Shown in pieces: positions 1-9,962 of a DNA stretch of 32,000 bases (within the stretch, counting starts at the first letter, position 1; the number at the start of each line of letters is the position of its first letter). The position numbers were made by a program, and so were the translations under genes. Source of the DNA: Sorangium cellulosum So ce56 (lineage in GTDB: Bacteria > Myxococcota_A > Polyangia > Polyangiales > Polyangiaceae); NCBI RefSeq assembly GCF_000067165.1, contig NC_010162.1, forward strand, positions 8,747,989-8,779,988, read 5' to 3'. The notes beneath the pieces were generated by a model that saw only the letters and a program-made list of their open reading frames with translations, made no database searches and was not told the DNA's origin.

Positions 1-308
1 AGCTCCGCCCGCCGGAGGTCCGGCCAGGCATTCCGGGATCGCCGCGCTGGCGGGCGGCCTGCCTGGCCCGCCCGGCGCTTGCCCGGCGCGCGCGGCGATC
101 CGAGGCGCGCTCGTGGATTTCGGCGCTGGCGACGGCGCGGTCCCGGCCGTCCGCCATGGGCCGGCGCGCCGTCATTGCCTTCCCGGAGGCGGACTCGCTA
201 AAGTAGTCCCGCCTCGCTGAGGAGGCTCGTACGGCGAGCGGTGGGTGGCACGGATCCACAGGGGCTCGCGGGGCGAGCCTGGCCCCGCCCGAGTACCCCG
301 AACCCGCT

Positions 309-1820
309 ATGTGGAAGCTGACGATCGAGGATGACGAGGGGAAACAGACGGGGCTCCCCCTCGCCCATGAGGAGTACGCGCTCGGACGCGGAGAGTCGAA
401 CTCGATCCGGCTGACCGATCGCAACGTCTCGCGCACCCACGCCACGCTGGCCAAGAACGGCCAGGGCTGGGTCATCCGGGATCTCGACAGCTACAACGGC
501 ACGTACGTCAACGGCGGGCGCGTCACCGGCGAGCAGCACCTGCGCCACGGCGACCTCGTGCAGCTCGGCGACTACCGCATCGAGATCGTCGATGAGGCGC
601 TCTCGTCCGCCGTGACGAGCCCGACGCCGCCGCCGGGCAGCCGCAGCACGGCGCACCTGCCGCTCCACACCCGCCCGAACCGGCTCGTCATGGTCGTCGG
701 CCCGACCCCCGGCGCGGAGTTCCCGCTCGACGGCGAGCGCTTCACGATCGGGCGCTCCGAGGACGCAACCATCTCGATCAACCACAGCTCCGTGAGCCGC
801 CTGCACGCCGAGCTCATCAGCCTCGGCAGCGGCCGCTACGAGGTCGTCGACAAGCAGAGCGCGAACGGCGTGCGCATCAACGGCGTCGAGCTCAAGCGGG
901 GCCTGCTCGAGGCGGGCGACGCGCTCGAGCTCGGCGACGTCCGCCTCCGCTTCGTCGCTGCTGGCAAGATCTTTCGCGCGGGGCCGGACGGCGGGCCTGG
1001 CGTGGCGCCGGGCGCTTACGGGAGCGTGGCCCCCTCCGCGCAGTCGTCCCGCTCGCTCGGCGGGGCGAGCAAGGCGATGGGGCTCCTGCTCGCGGTCGCG
1101 TTGATCGTCGTCATCGCCGTGATCGTGGCCACGCGCGCCCGGTCGCACGGGTCCACGACGCCCGAGCCGGACGTGAGGCCCGTGGTGGCGGCGCAGGCGG
1201 GCGACGACGCGAAGATCCTCGACGCGGCGCAGGAGCACCTCCGCTCGGGGGACATCGACGCCGCGCACCGGAAGCTGCAGGAGATCGCCGAGACGTCGCC
1301 GGTCCGGGAGACGCCGCGCTTCAAGGAGATCGAGGAGCGCTGGGCGGAGGGGATGTTCCGGCAGGTCGAGCAGGCCGGGACGAAGGAGGAGAAGCTCGCG
1401 CTGCTCAACGAGATCGCGAAGACGACGGGCGTCCCGACGGCGCTCCGCGCGCGGGTGGCCGAGATGCGGCGGCAGGTCGACCCCGAGGCGCCGCCCGAGC
1501 CGGAGCCGGCGCCGGCGCCGCAGCACGTCGGCTCGCCGGCGGCCTGGATGCCGCAACCCGCGCCTGCGCCTGCGCCTGCGCCCTCAGCTTCGGCCTCGGC
1601 GCCGGCGCCCTCGGCCTCGGGCGCCGCGCCGGCGAGCTCTGGCCTCGACTCGAGCTCGTACCCCGCGCAGCGGCGGGCGCTCGAGCCGAAGGTCTGGAAC
1701 GGGAAGGCGTCGGCCGGCGAGATCAAGCTGCTGCGCGCGATCTGCATCCACCAGGGCGACGCGGTCTGCCGCGACAAGGCGACGGCGGCCCTGGACAAGC
1801 TCGACAAGAAGGGCCTGTAG
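309..1820 (+). CDS. FHA domain-containing protein (two FHA modules, one TM helix)
   Basis: ATG at 309. Two FHA-like modules: 'LGRGESNSIRLTDRNVSRTHATL...SYNGTYVNG' and 'TIGRSEDATISINHSSVSRLHAEL...SANGVRING'. Hydrophobic helix 'LLLAVALIVVIAVIVA'. Pro/Ala/Ser-rich linker near the C-terminus. GC3-rich frame. Confidence 0.85.
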   Translation: MWKLTIEDDEGKQTGLPLAHEEYALGRGESNSIRLTDRNVSRTHATLAKNGQGWVIRDLDSYNGTYVNGGRVTGEQHLRHGDLVQLGDYRIEIVDEALSSAVTSPTPPPGSRSTAHLPLHTRPNRLVMVVGPTPGAEFPLDGERFTIGRSEDATISINHSSVSRLHAELISLGSGRYEVVDKQSANGVRINGVELKRGLLEAGDALELGDVRLRFVAAGKIFRAGPDGGPGVAPGAYGSVAPSAQSSRSLGGASKAMGLLLAVALIVVIAVIVATRARSHGSTTPEPDVRPVVAAQAGDDAKILDAAQEHLRSGDIDAAHRKLQEIAETSPVRETPRFKEIEERWAEGMFRQVEQAGTKEEKLALLNEIAKTTGVPTALRARVAEMRRQVDPEAPPEPEPAPAPQHVGSPAAWMPQPAPAPAPAPSASASAPAPSASGAAPASSGLDSSSYPAQRRALEPKVWNGKASAGEIKLLRAICIHQGDAVCRDKATAALDKLDKKGL

Positions 1821-1854
1821 CCGCCGCTTCCATCCGTCTTTCCCACGTGCGTCG

Positions 1855-3441
1855 ATGACCTCCAGGAGCAGCACCAGGGCTCACGAGCCGGCCGTCCGCG
1901 CGCCGGATGCGCGCGAGGACCACGTCCACGAGGCGCCGCCGCCGGGCGGGCGTGATGGGCCTCCGGCCGGGCGCGACGGAGGCTCCGTGACCGTGAGCTC
2001 GCCGGCGCGGAACGGGCTCGCCTCGCCGGCTGCCCGGGCGATGGCGACGCTCGCCCTGCTCGTGCTCGTCCCCTACGCGCACCCGAGCCTGTCGCGGCTG
2101 CGGGTGCTCACGCCGCTGCCCGAGGGGGAGGGGCTCGTCGTGGTCCCGGCGCCGGCGCCGGTGGCGTCGGTCGGCGAGACGACGCTCGTCACCGAGACCA
2201 CCGAGCAGGCCGAGCTGCGCCAGCCCGAGGAGGTCGCGCTGCCGGCCGCGGCCGCCGAGCTCATGCCGGCGGCGGTCGCCTCCGAGGGCAAGCCGCCGCG
2301 GCCGATCGAGGACCCGAGCGGCAAGGCGATGGCGCCGTTCTTCCGCGCGCTCGCGGCGGTGGAGCGCAAGGCGCCGCAGTCGATCGCGCGCATCACCTAC
2401 TTCGGCGACTCCATCGTGGCCAGCGACTTCGTGACGGCGACGCTGCGGCGCAAGCTGCAGAAGCGGTTCGGGGACGCCGGCCACGGGTTCATGCTGATGG
2501 CGAACGCCTGGCCGGGATATTTCCACAACGATGTTGTCCGCTTCGCCGGCCCGGGCTGGCAGGTGAGCCGCGTGGTGGGCCCGTTCGCCAAGGACGGGCT
2601 CTACGGGCTCGGCGGCGTGTCGTTCCGGTCGCAGGGCGCGGGGGTGTTCTCGCGCTTCGCCACCGCGGAGTCGGGGACCTACGGGCGCGCGGTCTCGCGG
2701 TTCGCCGTCGATTACCTGAAGCACCCCGAGGGCGGGCGGATGGAGGTCAAGATCGACGGCGAGAGCCGCGAGATGATCGACACGCGCGCCGACGCGGCCA
2801 GCTCGGCGATCGCGACCTACGAGGTCCCGGACGGGCCGCACTCCATCGAGGTGCGGGCGCACGGCCCGGGGGTGCGGGCGTTCGGCGTCTGGATGGAGCG
2901 GGACACGCCCGGGGTGGTGCTCGACGCCATCGGCATCCAGGGCTGCCGCATCCGCTTCCTCGACAAGAGCGACGACGCCCATTTCGCCGAGCAGCTGCGC
3001 GCGCGGAGCCCGTCCTTGACGGTGTTCCACTACGGCATGAACGAGAGCGAGGACGGCGAGCTGTTCCCGCTCGATCAGTACGAGTCGACGATGAAGGCGG
3101 TGCTCGAGCAGGTGACCGCTGCGCTGCCCGGGTCGTCGTGCCTGCTCGTGGGCCCGATGGACCGCGCCGACAAGAAGGGCGAGGTGTACCGGAGCCGCCC
3201 GGTGATCCCGAAGCTCGCGGCGATCCAGCGCAGGGTGGCCGGGCAGGTCGGCTGCGGCTACTTCGACACCTTCGGCGCGATGGGCGGCTCGGGCTCGATG
3301 GGGATCTGGGTCCAGCGCGGGCTCGGCGGCGCCGATCTCGCGCACCCGTCGGGCGCGGGGGCCGAGGTCATCGGCCGCTGGCTGTACCTGGCCTTGATGG
3401 ACGCCTACGAGGGCTGGAAGGCGAACGCCGCGCGGCCCTGA
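1855..3441 (+). CDS. SGNH/GDSL-family hydrolase
   Basis: SGNH blocks in order: 'YFGDSIV' (block I), 'YGMNES' (block III), 'DLAHPS' (block V). An alternative start at ATG 2041 precedes a signal-like 'MATLALLVLVPYA', so the N-terminus is uncertain. Confidence 0.7.
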   Translation: MTSRSSTRAHEPAVRAPDAREDHVHEAPPPGGRDGPPAGRDGGSVTVSSPARNGLASPAARAMATLALLVLVPYAHPSLSRLRVLTPLPEGEGLVVVPAPAPVASVGETTLVTETTEQAELRQPEEVALPAAAAELMPAAVASEGKPPRPIEDPSGKAMAPFFRALAAVERKAPQSIARITYFGDSIVASDFVTATLRRKLQKRFGDAGHGFMLMANAWPGYFHNDVVRFAGPGWQVSRVVGPFAKDGLYGLGGVSFRSQGAGVFSRFATAESGTYGRAVSRFAVDYLKHPEGGRMEVKIDGESREMIDTRADAASSAIATYEVPDGPHSIEVRAHGPGVRAFGVWMERDTPGVVLDAIGIQGCRIRFLDKSDDAHFAEQLRARSPSLTVFHYGMNESEDGELFPLDQYESTMKAVLEQVTAALPGSSCLLVGPMDRADKKGEVYRSRPVIPKLAAIQRRVAGQVGCGYFDTFGAMGGSGSMGIWVQRGLGGADLAHPSGAGAEVIGRWLYLALMDAYEGWKANAARP

Positions 3442-3443
3442 GG

Positions 3444-5066
3444 CTACGCGGCCTCGAGGTCAGCGGACGCCGCCGGCTCGTCCGCGGCGCGCCGCCTGTG
3501 CTCCCGGGCGATGCCGGCCACGACGCCGAGCCACACGAGCGCGAGGGCGATATTGACCATCGCGAAGTGGCGTGTGGAGAGCGCGAGCACCTGGCCGGCG
3601 ATCACCCCGCCAGCGGCGAGCACGTCGCCCGCGCGGACGACGAAGGTGTCGATGGCCGCCTTGGCGCTGTACTTGGCGGCGCGGCCGACCGGCAGGAAGA
3701 GCGCCTGCCGCGCGGTGTTCTGGATGGAATAATCGGCGCTGTTCTCCGCGATCTTCGCGACCCGCACGACGGCGAGCGCCGGCAGGACGGCGAGGGACGC
3801 GTAGCCAAGCAGAGCGATGGCCGGGAGGATGAACAGGGCGAATCGCACGCCGAGGTACTTGAAGATGCGGGAGACGAAGAAGAGCTGCAGGACGACGCCG
3901 AACGTGTTGACCCAGTAAAAGAAATCCCCCTTGAAGGTCCCGATGATCGCGCCGAGCGCCGCCTTTTTCCCCTTCTCGGTGCGCGGGTGGACGAGCCCCG
4001 CCCCGGCGCCCTCGACGACTTTGCCGCCTGCCTCGACGTCGAACGCGCCGCCCTTGACGGCGGCGATCTTCCCTTCGAGCAGGCGCGAGGCCTGCGGATC
4101 GACGAGGTAGACCGCCGCGCCCGCCGCGAGCGGGGCGCCCGGGGCCGCGCCGGCGGGGGCCGCGTCGGGCGCGCCGCGCTGCTCGCTCCCCGTGTCGAGC
4201 GCGCTCGTGGCGGACTCGATCAGGGTGCGATCGAGGATGTACTCGCCTGTCGAGTTCACCCAGTTGAGGACGAGCGTCAGTCCGGCGATGAGGAGCAGAT
4301 AGCGGTCGCGCGCGATGATCTTGAAGCCGCCCGCCGCGCCCCCGGGCGGCGCGTCGGCCTTGTCCGCGGCGTCCTTCGAGCCCGCGAGATCGTCGCGGTG
4401 GACGAGGTAGGTGAGCCCCAGGCAGGCGAGCAGCACGCCCGCCGCGAGGAGCATCATGTTGTAGGGGCCGATCGGCACGTAGACGCGCTTCGCGATCTGC
4501 GCGCCGAACATGGCGCCGAGCGAGCTCCCGATGCCGACGATGGCGAAGAGCCGCTTGCCCTGCTCGGGCGTGTAAACATCGTTGGCGAAGGACCAGAACT
4601 GCGCGATCACGGTGAGGTTGAAGCAGCCCACCCACAGATAGAAGGGCACCCCGAGGGGGACGCCGAGGCGCGCGAGGAGGAAGAAGAGGACGAGGTTCGC
4701 GGCGAAGAAGAGCGTGAGCGCCGTGGTGAGCTGCATGCGCCCGAAGCGCCTGGCCAGGGCGCCATAGGCGCGGACCACGCCCACGAGGAAGAGCGCCTGG
4801 CCCGCCGCCGCGTAGGCCTTCACCTCGGCGCCGTCGAGGTCGAGCCGCCGCCCGCCGATCTCGAGCCCGCCGCCCGCGAGGATCAGCGGCTCGCGGACCA
4901 CCTTGAGGAGGTAATAGCCCGTGAGCAGGAGGAATACGTTCAGCGTGAGGACGAGGACGCTGAAGACCTCGCGCGGCTTCACCTCGGCGAAGATCGCAAG
5001 GAGCCTGTGAAGCACGCCCCGGGCCCGTGTCTCGTTCTCGCCTGAGCTCGCCACCCGCCGCTCCAT
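3444..5066 (-). CDS. TLC / ATP:ADP-antiporter-like (Npt1-type) MFS transporter
   Basis: Multi-TM protein with 'FWSFANDVYTPEQGKRLFAIVGIGSSLG' and 'LLTGYYLLKVVREPLIL', which are typical of the TLC nucleotide-transporter family. I prefer ATG 5066 ('MERRVASS') over the ORF-track start at 5186. Confidence 0.7.
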   Translation of the reverse strand: MERRVASSGENETRARGVLHRLLAIFAEVKPREVFSVLVLTLNVFLLLTGYYLLKVVREPLILAGGGLEIGGRRLDLDGAEVKAYAAAGQALFLVGVVRAYGALARRFGRMQLTTALTLFFAANLVLFFLLARLGVPLGVPFYLWVGCFNLTVIAQFWSFANDVYTPEQGKRLFAIVGIGSSLGAMFGAQIAKRVYVPIGPYNMMLLAAGVLLACLGLTYLVHRDDLAGSKDAADKADAPPGGAAGGFKIIARDRYLLLIAGLTLVLNWVNSTGEYILDRTLIESATSALDTGSEQRGAPDAAPAGAAPGAPLAAGAAVYLVDPQASRLLEGKIAAVKGGAFDVEAGGKVVEGAGAGLVHPRTEKGKKAALGAIIGTFKGDFFYWVNTFGVVLQLFFVSRIFKYLGVRFALFILPAIALLGYASLAVLPALAVVRVAKIAENSADYSIQNTARQALFLPVGRAAKYSAKAAIDTFVVRAGDVLAAGGVIAGQVLALSTRHFAMVNIALALVWLGVVAGIAREHRRRAADEPAASADLEAA

Positions 5067-5260
5067 GCCCGGAAAACCGCCGTTCTGGCGGCACCGGCAC
5101 AGGACCGATGCCGAGCGCGCGAGGCTATCGAGCCTGGTCCCGGCCGGCAACCTCCCTCTCGCCGCCGGGCGTGTGAACCGCCGCACTCGCCGCGCCGTCG
5201 CGCTGGACGCTCGACAGGCGCGCCGCGCAGACAGGCGTCTCCCGGGTCGAGAACTCCGCT

Positions 5261-6796
5261 ATGCTCCCGCGCCGCGACGTGTTTCCGTGCGAGAGGCGAG
5301 GCGGATTGGGCACCAACGAGAAGGGACCGACGCGCGCGCTCGGCACGGCCTTTCGGCGGCGCGCGGCCGCGCTCGCGAGCTGCGCCGCGCTGTCGCTTTG
5401 CGCCGAGGCACAGGCCGCGCCTCCGGCGGGGGGCGCCGCGCCGCCGCCCGTGGTCCCGGGGGCTCTGCCGGCGGCGCCTCGCGCGCCGGCAGAGCCTGCT
5501 ACGCCGCCGCGTCCTCCCGCCGCGGCGCCGCTTTCGCCCGGCGCGAAGCGCCCTGTGCCGGACTACGACGGTCGCCCGGACGAGGCGACGAGCGCCGGCG
5601 ACGCGCTGCTCTGGGTGCCGCGCGTCGTGTTCTTCCCCGCCTACCTCGCCAGCGAGTACCTGGTCCGGCGGCCGCTCGGCGCTCTCACCGTCGCGGCGGA
5701 GCAAGGCGAGTGGATCAAGGAGCTCAAAGACATCTTCACCTTCGGGCCGAACAACGACATCGGCATCGTCCCGACGGCGCTCTTCGACTTCGGCTTTCGC
5801 GCGAGCGTCGGCGTTTACTTCTTCTATGATGATCTGTTCGTCCCCGGCAACGAGCTCCGCGTCCACGCCGCGACCGGCGGGGTCGACTGGTGGCGGCTCA
5901 CGCTCGCCGACCGGATCCCCCTCGGCGGGCGCGCTCACCTGAAGCTCCGCGGCGAGGCGGACATCCGGCCTGACTGGCTGTTTTCGGGGATCGGCCCGAG
6001 CTCGCTGGAGCGCGACTGGGCCCGCTACAGAGCCCGCAGCGTCGAGGGGACCGCGACGCTCCACGCCGATTTCGGTGCGTTCAGCTTCGTCGAGGCGATC
6101 ACCGGCGCGAAGACCGTCGACTTCCACGACATCTGTTGCAAGCCGACGGTCGGCTTCCGGGTGGCGCGCGGCCGTTATCCGATGCCCCCGTCGTACGACA
6201 CGGGGTATACGGCCTACCGGATCGGGGGCCGCGCCGGCCTCGACTCGCGCCTGCCGCGCCCGGCGCGGGGCAACGGCGTCCGGCTGGAGCTGTCTGGAGA
6301 GCACGCCGCCGACCTGGAGCGGCCGCTGGAGAGCCGGTGGATCCGCTACGGCGGCTCGCTGGGCGGGTTCGTCGATCTCACCGGGCACGATCGCATCGTG
6401 AGCCTCGTCCTCTCGGCGGCGTTCGCCGATCCGCTCGGCGCCGCGGAGGTCCCCTTCACCGAGCTCGCCGAGCTCGGCGGCGACGCGCCGATGCGGGGCT
6501 TCCGCGAAGGGCGCCTCCGCGGGCGGAGCGCCGCCGCGGCGACGCTCGAGTACCGTTATCCGGTCTGGGCGTTCGTCGACGGCACGGTGCAGGTCGCCGC
6601 GGGCAACGTGTTCGGCGAGCACCTCCGCGATTTCGATCTCGACCTGCTCCGCATGTCGTTCGTGCTCGGCCTGCGCACGAGCGGCGAGCGCGACCACTCC
6701 ATCGATCTCCTGATCGGCTCGGCGACCGAGACCTTCGAGCAAGGGGCCGGCCTCCAGGAGCTGCGGTTCATGGTCGGCGCGACCCACGGTTTCTGA
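5261..6796 (+). CDS. Omp85/BamA-type outer-membrane beta-barrel protein
   Basis: Signal-like 'AAALASCAALSLCAEAQA'. C-terminal barrel motifs 'GGDAPMRGFREGRLRG', 'LEYRYPV' and 'FVLGLRT'. Terminal 'ATHGF' ends in an aromatic residue, as usual for OMPs. Start codon uncertain. Confidence 0.6.
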   Translation: MLPRRDVFPCERRGGLGTNEKGPTRALGTAFRRRAAALASCAALSLCAEAQAAPPAGGAAPPPVVPGALPAAPRAPAEPATPPRPPAAAPLSPGAKRPVPDYDGRPDEATSAGDALLWVPRVVFFPAYLASEYLVRRPLGALTVAAEQGEWIKELKDIFTFGPNNDIGIVPTALFDFGFRASVGVYFFYDDLFVPGNELRVHAATGGVDWWRLTLADRIPLGGRAHLKLRGEADIRPDWLFSGIGPSSLERDWARYRARSVEGTATLHADFGAFSFVEAITGAKTVDFHDICCKPTVGFRVARGRYPMPPSYDTGYTAYRIGGRAGLDSRLPRPARGNGVRLELSGEHAADLERPLESRWIRYGGSLGGFVDLTGHDRIVSLVLSAAFADPLGAAEVPFTELAELGGDAPMRGFREGRLRGRSAAAATLEYRYPVWAFVDGTVQVAAGNVFGEHLRDFDLDLLRMSFVLGLRTSGERDHSIDLLIGSATETFEQGAGLQELRFMVGATHGF

Positions 6797-6859
6797 GCGA
6801 GCGGCGGCGAATGTCCGGCGGGGATCGGAAGCATCCCCTCGAACTTTCGGGGAAATTCA

Positions 6860-6940
6860 CAGGGAGGCAGGGAGACGGGGAGTAAAATCCCCAAAATCTC
6901 CCCGTCTCCTCGCCTCCCTGTTCAATTTCTCTCTAAAAAT
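6860..6940. terminator. bidirectional hairpin terminator between convergent genes
   Basis: The 22-nt arms at 6860-6881 and 6899-6920 pair at 20/22 positions, with a 17-nt A/T-rich loop. T-rich 'ttcaatttctctctaaaaat' follows. It lies between the stops at 6796 (+) and 6966 (-). Confidence 0.55.
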
Positions 6941-6965
6941 GAGGGCCATTGTCAGGGTGAGGACC

Positions 6966-8741
6966 TCAGTTGGGCGGCTCGGCGTCGTCGGGGCGCTCGA
7001 TGCCGACGAGCTTGTAGCCGCGGCGCGGCCCGAGGTCGTAGAGGTGGGCGCGCAGCGGACCGGGCGCCTGCCCGTTCAGCACATCGACGATGGCGTAGCG
7101 CGAGGGCGCGTCGTCGGGCGCGCCGCCGTCCGCGGCGATGTGGGGGAGCGCGAGGCACACGCGGCCGTCCGGCGAGGGGCGCACGACCGGCCGCGCGCGC
7201 AGGGCGAGCGACTCGCCGGCGTACATCGCGGCCTCGTAGCGGAGGTCTTGCGGGCGCGCGACGCCGGTGCGCCGCGCGAGATCGACGCCGCACAGCGCCG
7301 CCGGCGAGGCCAGGGCGACGTCGGCGATGGGCGACAGGCGCGTCAGGTACCGCGCCATGATCGCGCGCTGTCGCGAGAGGAGCTTGCCGATCAGGAACGC
7401 CGTGTGGCGCGGCGCCGTGAAGTCGCCGGTCTTCACGGCGGCCTCGATGAGCTCCGGCGTGAAGCGCGCGAGCGTCCGGGCGGCCCACGCGCCGTCGAGC
7501 TCGGTCATCCGCCCGAAGGCCGGGTTGGGGTAGCCGCCGCGCCAGGCCTCCGGCCGGAAATCGCGATCGCTGAAGAAGCCGAAGATGTCGCCTTGCGGAT
7601 CGTGGCTCGCCCGGTCCCAGGGCCGCTCGGGGATGCCGAGCGTCACGAAGTCGAGGAGCGCGTACTCGGCGTCGAAGTAGAAGGCGTGGCCGAGGCGCTT
7701 CGAGATCTCCTCCCATTCCCACTCGCTGCCGAAGCAGTCGCCGAGATCGATGGTGTAGTGGCGCACGTGGCCCGGCGACGCGTCCTTGTCCTTCGGGTCC
7801 TCGGCGAGCCAGACATCCATCGAGTTCTGCTCGCGCGAGTCGAAGTGGTTGAGCCAGGCGGCGAGCAGGCGCCCCCCGCGCAGGTCGCGCCGGTCCTCGT
7901 GCGGGATGACGTCGTTCGGATCGTCCTCCCGGGTCCCCTCGTACCTGAACGGGCCCATGGCGCGGCCCGGGAGCCAGCGCGAGGCGACCATGCGGACCCG
8001 GTCGCCGCGCTTCGAGGCCTTGGCCAGCACGCCGTCGAGCGCCGCCTGATCGAAGGGCCTGGCGACACCGCTGTTGTCGGTCACGGTGAGCCCGGGCGAC
8101 AGCTTCAGGATCGACGGCTTCAGGTAGACCACGCTGTCGCACGGCGCCCAGAAGCCGGCGGCGTGGTAGAGGCGCGCCGCGATGGCGGTCGCGCCGGTGG
8201 CCCGCTCGGGCTGGTCCGAGGGGTCGGCCTTGAGCATGAACTTGCCGACGCCCTCGACCTTGATCCGGAAGCCAGGGTTCGCGCCGTTCGGCTTGCCCAT
8301 GTCGATGACCCAGGACCCGTCCGGCGCCTCGGGATCCAGCGTCTTGTCGTCGCACGGCCCGCGCACCAGCTCCTCGGCGGAGAGCGGCCGCTTGCCGATG
8401 CGGTTCGTGAACCAGCTGGAGTCCGGCACCTCGTCGACGCTGTTCACGTTGGCCGCCTCGCCCCCTGGCTCCACGGCGAAGAACCGCGACACCGGGCGGA
8501 AGACGAGGTTGTCGGCGGCGTCCCACGCGAACGAGGACTCGTAGGGCGCGGGCGAGCAGAGGCGGTGCTGCGGATCGTCGCTGGGCGCCTCGGGATCGGG
8601 CCGGCAGGGCAGCGAGACGGGGTTCAGGTCGGCGTCGCGCCAGACCGGATCGCGCAGGGGGAACCGGCGCACGTCGCCGCTGCACGCCGCGCTGAGCAGG
8701 GCGAGCAGCGGGAGAGCGCGGGTGAGCGGCGCCTCGAGCAT
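6966..8741 (-). CDS. secreted/lipoprotein-like protein with kinase-like catalytic motifs (function unknown)
   Basis: ATG 8741 gives 'MLEAPLTRALPLLALLSAAC' (signal peptide followed by Cys). Internal 'WLNHFDSREQN' fits HxDxxxxN and is followed by 'IDLGDCFG'. The ORF-track start at 8825 is less likely. Confidence 0.7.
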   Translation of the reverse strand: MLEAPLTRALPLLALLSAACSGDVRRFPLRDPVWRDADLNPVSLPCRPDPEAPSDDPQHRLCSPAPYESSFAWDAADNLVFRPVSRFFAVEPGGEAANVNSVDEVPDSSWFTNRIGKRPLSAEELVRGPCDDKTLDPEAPDGSWVIDMGKPNGANPGFRIKVEGVGKFMLKADPSDQPERATGATAIAARLYHAAGFWAPCDSVVYLKPSILKLSPGLTVTDNSGVARPFDQAALDGVLAKASKRGDRVRMVASRWLPGRAMGPFRYEGTREDDPNDVIPHEDRRDLRGGRLLAAWLNHFDSREQNSMDVWLAEDPKDKDASPGHVRHYTIDLGDCFGSEWEWEEISKRLGHAFYFDAEYALLDFVTLGIPERPWDRASHDPQGDIFGFFSDRDFRPEAWRGGYPNPAFGRMTELDGAWAARTLARFTPELIEAAVKTGDFTAPRHTAFLIGKLLSRQRAIMARYLTRLSPIADVALASPAALCGVDLARRTGVARPQDLRYEAAMYAGESLALRARPVVRPSPDGRVCLALPHIAADGGAPDDAPSRYAIVDVLNGQAPGPLRAHLYDLGPRRGYKLVGIERPDDAEPPN

Positions 8742-8858
8742 CGGCGGGGGATGGTAGTGGAGAGGGCGGCCGCTCGGGGCGGTTTTCGGCGAATCTTGCG
8801 CGGACGAGAGCGGACGAGCGCGCACGAGCGCGGGTGCGCGCGGACGATGGCGGGCTCG

Positions 8859-9962
8859 TCAGAAGCCTTCTTGCCGGAGCCGCGCGATCACGGAGCGGTA
8901 GAAGTCGATATAGAGCCAGGGGTTCCCGTCGCCCGGACTCTGTCCGAAGAGCTGGCCTATCTCGTCGAAATGGTCGGCCGGGATACAGCCCCAGAAGTCC
9001 CCCCACCGCGCGTCCCGCGCGCGCACCAGACCGTCGTTCGGGAACGACTCGCCGATGCCGCCGTCGAGCAGGGTCTCGGTCAGCGACAGCAGCGGGTGGA
9101 CCGGATCGAGGCCGTCGTCGAACTGCGCGACGAAGGGCGCGGGGGTGAGCGTCGTGCAGTCCCTGCCGCCGCGCGCGCGGTTCGTCCGCCCGCCGAAGGA
9201 GGCATAGAACACCCCGGGGGAATCGGTGAACCTCGCGTTGAACTCCGCGATGCCGGGCGTCGAGAACTGCTCGAGCGCCGCGAAGACGCTCGTCTCGTTG
9301 CCTATCTGATCGTAGAGCGGCGCGCCGATGGCGTTGATGAGATCGTCCAGGATGTCCTGCAGACGCTCGTGGGCGACGAGCTCGAGCGCCACGTCGGCGA
9401 CCTTCGAGCCCAGGTGGGGTGTGGCGACGGTGACGATGGAGGCGACGAGATCGGGCCTGTCGTGCGCGACAACGCGCGCGTCGAGCCCCCCCTGCGAGTG
9501 GGCGATGATGTTCACCTTCTCGTGGCCTGTCGCGTCCAGGATCTGCTCGATCCGCGCGAGCAGCTGCGCGCCGCGGACCTCGGAGCTGTTGAACGGGTCG
9601 ACGGCGGGCGTGAAGATCGTCTCGCCGCTCTCGGCGAGGGTCTCTTTGACGTTGTAGAAGTAGCTCACGTATCCAGCGCCCGCGAAGTCCTCGAATCCGA
9701 AGAAGCCGTGAGCGAACACGATGGGATACGGCGGCCCGAGCTTCCCTGACGGCCAGCCGCCGCCGACTTCGCCCGGGTCGTCCGATAAGCCCGACGAGCT
9801 CGCCCAGCCGCCCGAGGCGGAGCCGCCCCCCGCGCCCGTGAGCACTTCGCCGGTGCTCGCCGGCGGATCGAACTGCTCCCCGGCCGCGCTGCAGCCCGCG
9901 AGGAGCGCACAGGAGACGACCATCGCACACCCTACGAGACCAGCGATCACCCACTGTCGCAT
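8859..9962 (-). CDS. secreted triacylglycerol lipase (alpha/beta hydrolase, family I-like)
   Basis: 'YPIVFAHGFFGF' oxyanion region and 'NIIAHSQGG' nucleophile elbow (GxSxG), as in Pseudomonas/Burkholderia LipA-type lipases. Lipobox 'LLAGC' follows ATG 9962. GTG 9989 is an alternative start. Confidence 0.8.
   Translation of the reverse strand: MRQWVIAGLVGCAMVVSCALLAGCSAAGEQFDPPASTGEVLTGAGGGSASGGWASSSGLSDDPGEVGGGWPSGKLGPPYPIVFAHGFFGFEDFAGAGYVSYFYNVKETLAESGETIFTPAVDPFNSSEVRGAQLLARIEQILDATGHEKVNIIAHSQGGLDARVVAHDRPDLVASIVTVATPHLGSKVADVALELVAHERLQDILDDLINAIGAPLYDQIGNETSVFAALEQFSTPGIAEFNARFTDSPGVFYASFGGRTNRARGGRDCTTLTPAPFVAQFDDGLDPVHPLLSLTETLLDGGIGESFPNDGLVRARDARWGDFWGCIPADHFDEIGQLFGQSPGDGNPWLYIDFYRSVIARLRQEGF

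Noticed and set aside
1-157. A possible 5' end of a minus-strand gene starting at ATG 157 and leaving the window
   Set aside because: Only about 52 Arg-rich codons are visible, there is no convincing SD and no recognisable domain, so it cannot be supported from this fragment.
1540-1640. A PAPAPAPAP/SASASAP low-complexity tract in the FHA protein as a repeat element
   Set aside because: It is an ordinary Pro/Ala/Ser linker inside a coding region, common in myxobacterial proteins, and there is no nucleotide-level tandem structure beyond that.
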